A DNA stretch of 63,905 nt, the filler included, from Octopus bimaculoides (taxonomy: Eukaryota), in NCBI RefSeq assembly GCF_001194135.2. It is 6 parts of 6 records of this genome, joined end to end, with 100 filler letters (N's around TTAATTAATTAA, not from the genome) between each part and the next. Parts side by side here need not be neighbours in the genome. Positions count along the whole stretch, not along the records: positions 61,840 to 63,905 come from NC_068981.1; 5 more parts are not named here. One strand, given 5' to 3'. Shown here in pieces: positions 62,230 to 63,905 of this stretch (its first letter is position 1; each line of letters begins with the position of its first letter). The notes under the pieces were generated by a model. The model made no database searches. It was not told where the DNA came from and was given only the letters and a program-made list of their open reading frames with translations. The translations under genes were made by a program, and so were the position numbers.

Positions 62230-62856
62230 ATACATGTACACACACATATATGTGTGTATGCATGAATGTATGTATGTAGATAGATACATTTCTTTTATTA
62301 GCCACACAGGGCTCAACGAAGATGGGACAAATACAATGTAGAGCTTTTCTTTTTGGGAGGGGGAAGAAAAAAAAAAGGCCGATCAATAGGGATCGTGTAT
62401 CAGATAGGTAGATAGATAGATAGATAGATGGATGGAGTCAATCTGAAGTATATACTTATATACGTATATTTATATAGGTATACTTATATACGTGTACGTA
62501 TTTATTGGTCGCTTACTTCCTAATTCCACAGTTGTGCCTCAGTCGCACTTCGAGGCATTTTTGACGAGTGTCATACATAACAGCTCTGGGTGAGAAAATA
62601 CTCGTTAGTAGGTCTTGGGGGATGGAAACTGAATGAAGCCCATTGTATATATACACATACATAGATGTATGTGTGTTTTTATATGTATATGCACACACAC
62701 AATACGTATATATACCTACAAATATATATATATATTTATATATATGCGTGTGTTTGTATATATATATATATATATAAATATATATTGGTGCGTGTGTGTG
62801 TGTGTGTGTGTGTTCGTGTGTGTGTATGTGTGCGTGTGTGTGTGTATATCTGCATA

Positions 62857-63075
62857 GGCACTGCAGAGGCTGTATGATAAGTAGATTGCTTACTAACCAC
62901 ATGGTTCCGAGTTTAGTTCCACTGTGTGGCACTTTGGGCAAGTGTCTTCTTCTATAGCCACGGGCTGACCAAAGCCTTGTGAGTGGATATGGTAGTTAGA
63001 AAGTTAAAGAAGGCCGTCTAGGCCTACAAAAAATAAGTCCTGGGGTAGATTCGTTCGACTGAAGGCGGTGCTCAA
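62857..63075 (+). mobile_element. SINE family B with internal deletion
   Basis: Head through GCCTTGTGAGTGGAT, jumping to AAGTCCTGGGGTAGATTCGTTCGACTGAAGGCGGTGCT. Confidence 0.8.
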
Positions 63076-63374
63076 GACGAGCCTACCACATGGCAGAAAA
63101 CACGGTTAAGGGCAACGGCATCAAACTCACTCATTGACCAAATGTGACCTATTGGAGAGATTTCAAATAATGGTGTAGCAGATTTAACAGTGGTGACCCA
63201 GCATGACCTTGTGTCGATTTCTCGACTAAAGGCGGTACTCCGGCATGGTCGCAGTCAAATGACCGAAACAAGTAAAATAATAAAATAATATATATATACA
63301 CACATACATTTATATATATGTGTTTGTGTTATAGATATGTGTATGAGTGCGTGCGTGTGTGTATATTTGTGTTT

Positions 63375-63560
63375 GTGTTCTGTGTTTGTCCCCAACCACT
63401 GCTTGACCACCGGTGTTGGTATGTTTACGCCCCCATAATATAGCGTTTATGATAAAAAGATCAAAAGGAAAAAAATAAGTAATCGTTTAATTAGTTCGAC
63501 TAAAATTCCTCAAGGCTGTGCTTCAGCATGGCCGCTGCCCCATGATTCAGGCAATAAAGA
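63375..63560 (+). mobile_element. SINE family B 3' half, degenerate
   Basis: GTGTTTGTCCCC...CTTGACCACCGGTGTTGG...CAGCATGGCCGC. Confidence 0.7.
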
Positions 63561-63905
63561 AAAAAAAAGTTTACGTATGTACGTATGTATGTATGTATAT
63601 GTATATGTGTGTAAGTGTATATATATATAGAGAGAGAGACAGAGAGACAGATAGATACGTATGTACATACATATATTGATATGCATGCACTTACATGTAT
63701 ATGCTTATTGATAGATATATCGCATAATTTTATATATACTATATATATATATATATATACGAATATATGTACATATATACATATACATTAATTACCTATA
63801 TGCATAAAGGTATATATTAATTACCTAAATGCAAATAGGTAATTAATGTATATATATATATAGTATATATATGTATATGTATATGTGTATATATATATAT
63901 ATATA

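Noticed and set aside
1-63905. CRISPR arrays, rRNA, intact tRNA genes, prokaryotic operons
   Set aside because: None seen. The 51.6-52.9-kb repeat lacks constant repeats with unique spacers, and the sequence is clearly eukaryotic.

Overview
Eukaryotic, AT-rich, gapped draft-assembly sequence. About 7.4 kb (~12%) is N by hand tally, and five gaps contain an artificial TTAATTAATTAA spacer. The dominant tRNA-headed SINEs and microsatellite style resemble my recollection of a coleoid cephalopod, most likely Octopus; this is recognition, not a database result. No complete host gene is supportable, and the window reads as intronic or intergenic. It holds three SINE families (called A, B, C here) and LINE remnants of the L1/Tx1, CR1-group and R4/Dong clades. 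DNA elements include a full-length but frameshifted mariner, a DD37D/maT-like Tc1-mariner relic, a related 127-bp MITE, hAT-like MITE pieces and a Helitron helicase fragment. Probable Penelope-like terminal remnants carry degenerate hammerhead ribozyme cores. The most interesting unexplained items are: (i) a minus-strand module at ~50.06-50.23 kb with a near-canonical type I hammerhead (palindromic stem III, GUC site), a 26-bp hairpin and a second half-core; (ii) a 1.3-kb degenerate satellite fused to the Helitron fragment and packed with STAT-type TTCCAGGAA and kB-like GGAACTTTCC motifs; (iii) a 582-bp minus-strand orphan ORF that runs into a GTAAGT donor; (iv) a formerly coding S/T/N/Q-rich stretch with an internal duplication behind a strong acceptor; (v) a compact NRF1/E-box/RFX/CCAAT motif cluster; and (vi) several inverted-repeat structures that could form dsRNA. 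Almost all ORFs in the supplied track are artefacts of gaps, microsatellites or antisense reading. Coordinates were read by hand; edges of degraded elements are approximate.
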